From Camelus ferus (Eukaryota): a stretch of DNA of 64,000 nucleotides. The DNA is taken from NCBI RefSeq assembly GCF_009834535.1, contig NC_045697.1:37636001-37700000 (forward strand). The letters are read 5' to 3'. The notes beneath the pieces are model-generated. The model worked only from the letters and a program-made list of their open reading frames with translations. It did no database searches and had not been told where the DNA came from. The translations under genes and the position numbers were made by a program. Shown piece after piece: positions 61,951 through 64,000 of the stretch. Every line of letters begins with the position of its first letter. The stretch's first letter is position 1.

Positions 61951-64000
61951 TTTAACCTACTCAGGTCTGAGTGACTGCAGGGCTTCTTCTAATGTCCATC
62001 ACCATGACACAGAGAAATACAATGACAGTTGAATCCTTAATATACATCTATCTAAAAATTCTATTATCATGATTAAACATGCTCTCATATATACGTCATC
62101 CAAAATTAATACTTACTGGCATTTTTTAAAAGTGAACATTATGAACTAATTCTATAAGATCTGACTCAGGAATGGTTTCTGGCACAACAACCTCTTGTCT
62201 TGTTCCTCAGTCAAAGAAGCAGTAAGCTCTCCAGCAGTACAAAAGACTACAAGAATGAAGCTGGGCTGAACACTGAAATTTACTGATGAATGTGGTGATA
62301 AGCAAAGAATGGGGGTCTTTTTTTCTCTCTTCATGACAGGTCCTCAAGGCAATTCGCCAACCATACTAAGAGGGGGAGGGGGGAAAAGCACAGCAATATG
62401 TCATGATCTAGTCATGGCGACTGAACTAAAAGCAAATTCATTTCTACTGACTTCAAGTATATGCTGCTTAAAAGATTCTCAAGGTGGTTTAGACAGGAGA
62501 AAACTTTGATTTGTAAAACAGACGCATTTGTGAAATGTTGCAGGTTACCTGATAGCATTTTGAAATGCCCAAGGGGAAGTCATTACATAAAACAATCCTT
62601 ACTGAGGAATCCTAGTTAAACTAGTGACAATGATGAAATGTATTCTTTCTGTACTTTGGATTTTCACCCACCAGAAAAGTTTAAAATGTAGGACAATAGT
62701 ATAAAGGTCAACACAATGCTCCTTATGACAAAACAAAGGATTCCTCTGGATTGCCATACAATGCCTGCCAGCACGGAAGTCTTCTAGAAGCACTGTCAGA
62801 GTCTCATCTTGCTTTACAAGTGAAATGTACATTTTTCAACATGAGATGAACCGGACAAAAATAAGCCTCATTTCCTCAACCTTCTGTAAGAGGGTGTCCT
62901 ACTTGGTTTTTAACTTGAGCATCCTGACTCTAAAGCCAAATTAAGTCCCCCCACAGTGGAATCTATGTTTAGAATACCTTGAAGGGTTCTTGAACTCAGC
63001 CCTTTATTCAAGAACGACTAATAAAGTCAGTAATGAGAACTATGCTCAGCTTGTTAAGGGGGAGCCCTGAGACATCTAGAGTTCTGGTATAAGATTGAGA
63101 TTCCTCCTCTCTATGGTTCCGTCAATAACTCTTAACCTATGCAGCTCAGAAAACAGTTCTGACCACGGCCAGCTAAGGTGCCTGGCTTTAGTGAATGCTT
63201 AACAAGCATTTGTAGGAACCAGCAATAAGGACCCTTTTATATCTCCTACTCTGGCTTGTCACCCAGTCTACACTGTGATGCCTCCATCTTGCTTTAAGGC
63301 CCCTATTAATAAAATGAGTCAATATTAATAAACTCTTTACAAAAGAGTATCTGGCACACTGAAGCATTTTTAGAGTACAGTTAAATATAAACAAACACAT
63401 AAATATTTCTTGCTGGAAGTTTAATGCTAAGGGCTGAATCTTCTGTACTTGATTTCCATGGAAGGTCTTGCTTCTGCCCAGTATGTGCTGCTGGATCCTG
63501 TCTGCCGGTTCTCCCAGTAGCTTGGGGGTTGAATGTGGAATGTTGCTGCTCACTGTAGATCTAGCCTGAATTCTCTGCTTTTGCGTCTGGGTTTTCATTT
63601 CCATTTATGTTCTCTCGGTGGCAATGAATGGGATGTTTTCAACCCTCTTTGTCAGAAGTCATTTCAGGTTAAAGAGATTCTTCACACCTAGTAGCAGGCT
63701 CGCACCAAACTTCTCCCTATACAGTGGCTCGTGATGAGTCATTTCATACCCGATTCCTCTGAAGTGCAAATGAGATCAGTCGGTGAGAGTATCTTTAACA
63801 CTGAAGAACTCAACCCACTCACAGGGATTTATTCCCAGGAAATGTCACTGCTTGAAGAAGGGAGAGAGCAAAGAGCAAAGAATGGAACAAAACTGGAGCA
63901 AATTTCAGCTTTCTGATTCCCTGCCCTTTTCCATTGTATCTAAAAGGTGAGCGCTTCAAACCACTGAAGTGTGGCCATGTGCTCTCACCGGTTACTGGTA

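Noticed and set aside
1..64000. CRISPR array, operon, prophage or other prokaryotic-type system
   Set aside because: The sequence is mammalian; I saw no regularly spaced repeat-spacer array, gene-dense block or foreign-composition insert.

Overview
This is mammalian nuclear DNA, most likely from a camelid. The evidence is three tRNA-Ala-derived SINEs of the Vic-1 type, cetartiodactyl-style L1 3' ends, and no Alu, BovB/Bov-A or PRE-1 that I could see. The window is repeat-dense and looks intergenic or deeply intronic. I could not recognise any exon of an intact multi-exon gene, and nearly all ORFs in the supplied track are chance frames or repeat-derived. Three retroposed copies of cellular RNAs lie within about 13.5 kb. 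(1) An ATP5MJ (ATP5MPL/6.8PL) retrocopy at ~21318-21657 has a fully open 60-codon frame except that ATG is replaced by ACG; the ORF track missed it. (2) A full-length, heavily disabled PMPCB processed pseudogene at ~28160-29735 sits inside an ancient L1 ORF1 remnant. (3) A degenerate U6 snRNA copy lies at ~34726-34828. The rest is L1 of several ages (several with clear target-site duplications, TSDs), L2, MIR, L3/CR1, ERVL/MaLR solo LTRs, hAT MITEs and microsatellites, plus a few candidate regulatory motifs (CTCF sites, a perfect DR3, a G4/GC-box segment). I found no convincing new biological system. The best leads are the open-frame ATP5MJ retrocopy, a 90%-identical inverted copy of an old LTR segment, and an LTR-borne CTCF site. 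Repeat family names come from my recollection of consensus sequences, and boundaries are approximate unless a TSD is quoted.
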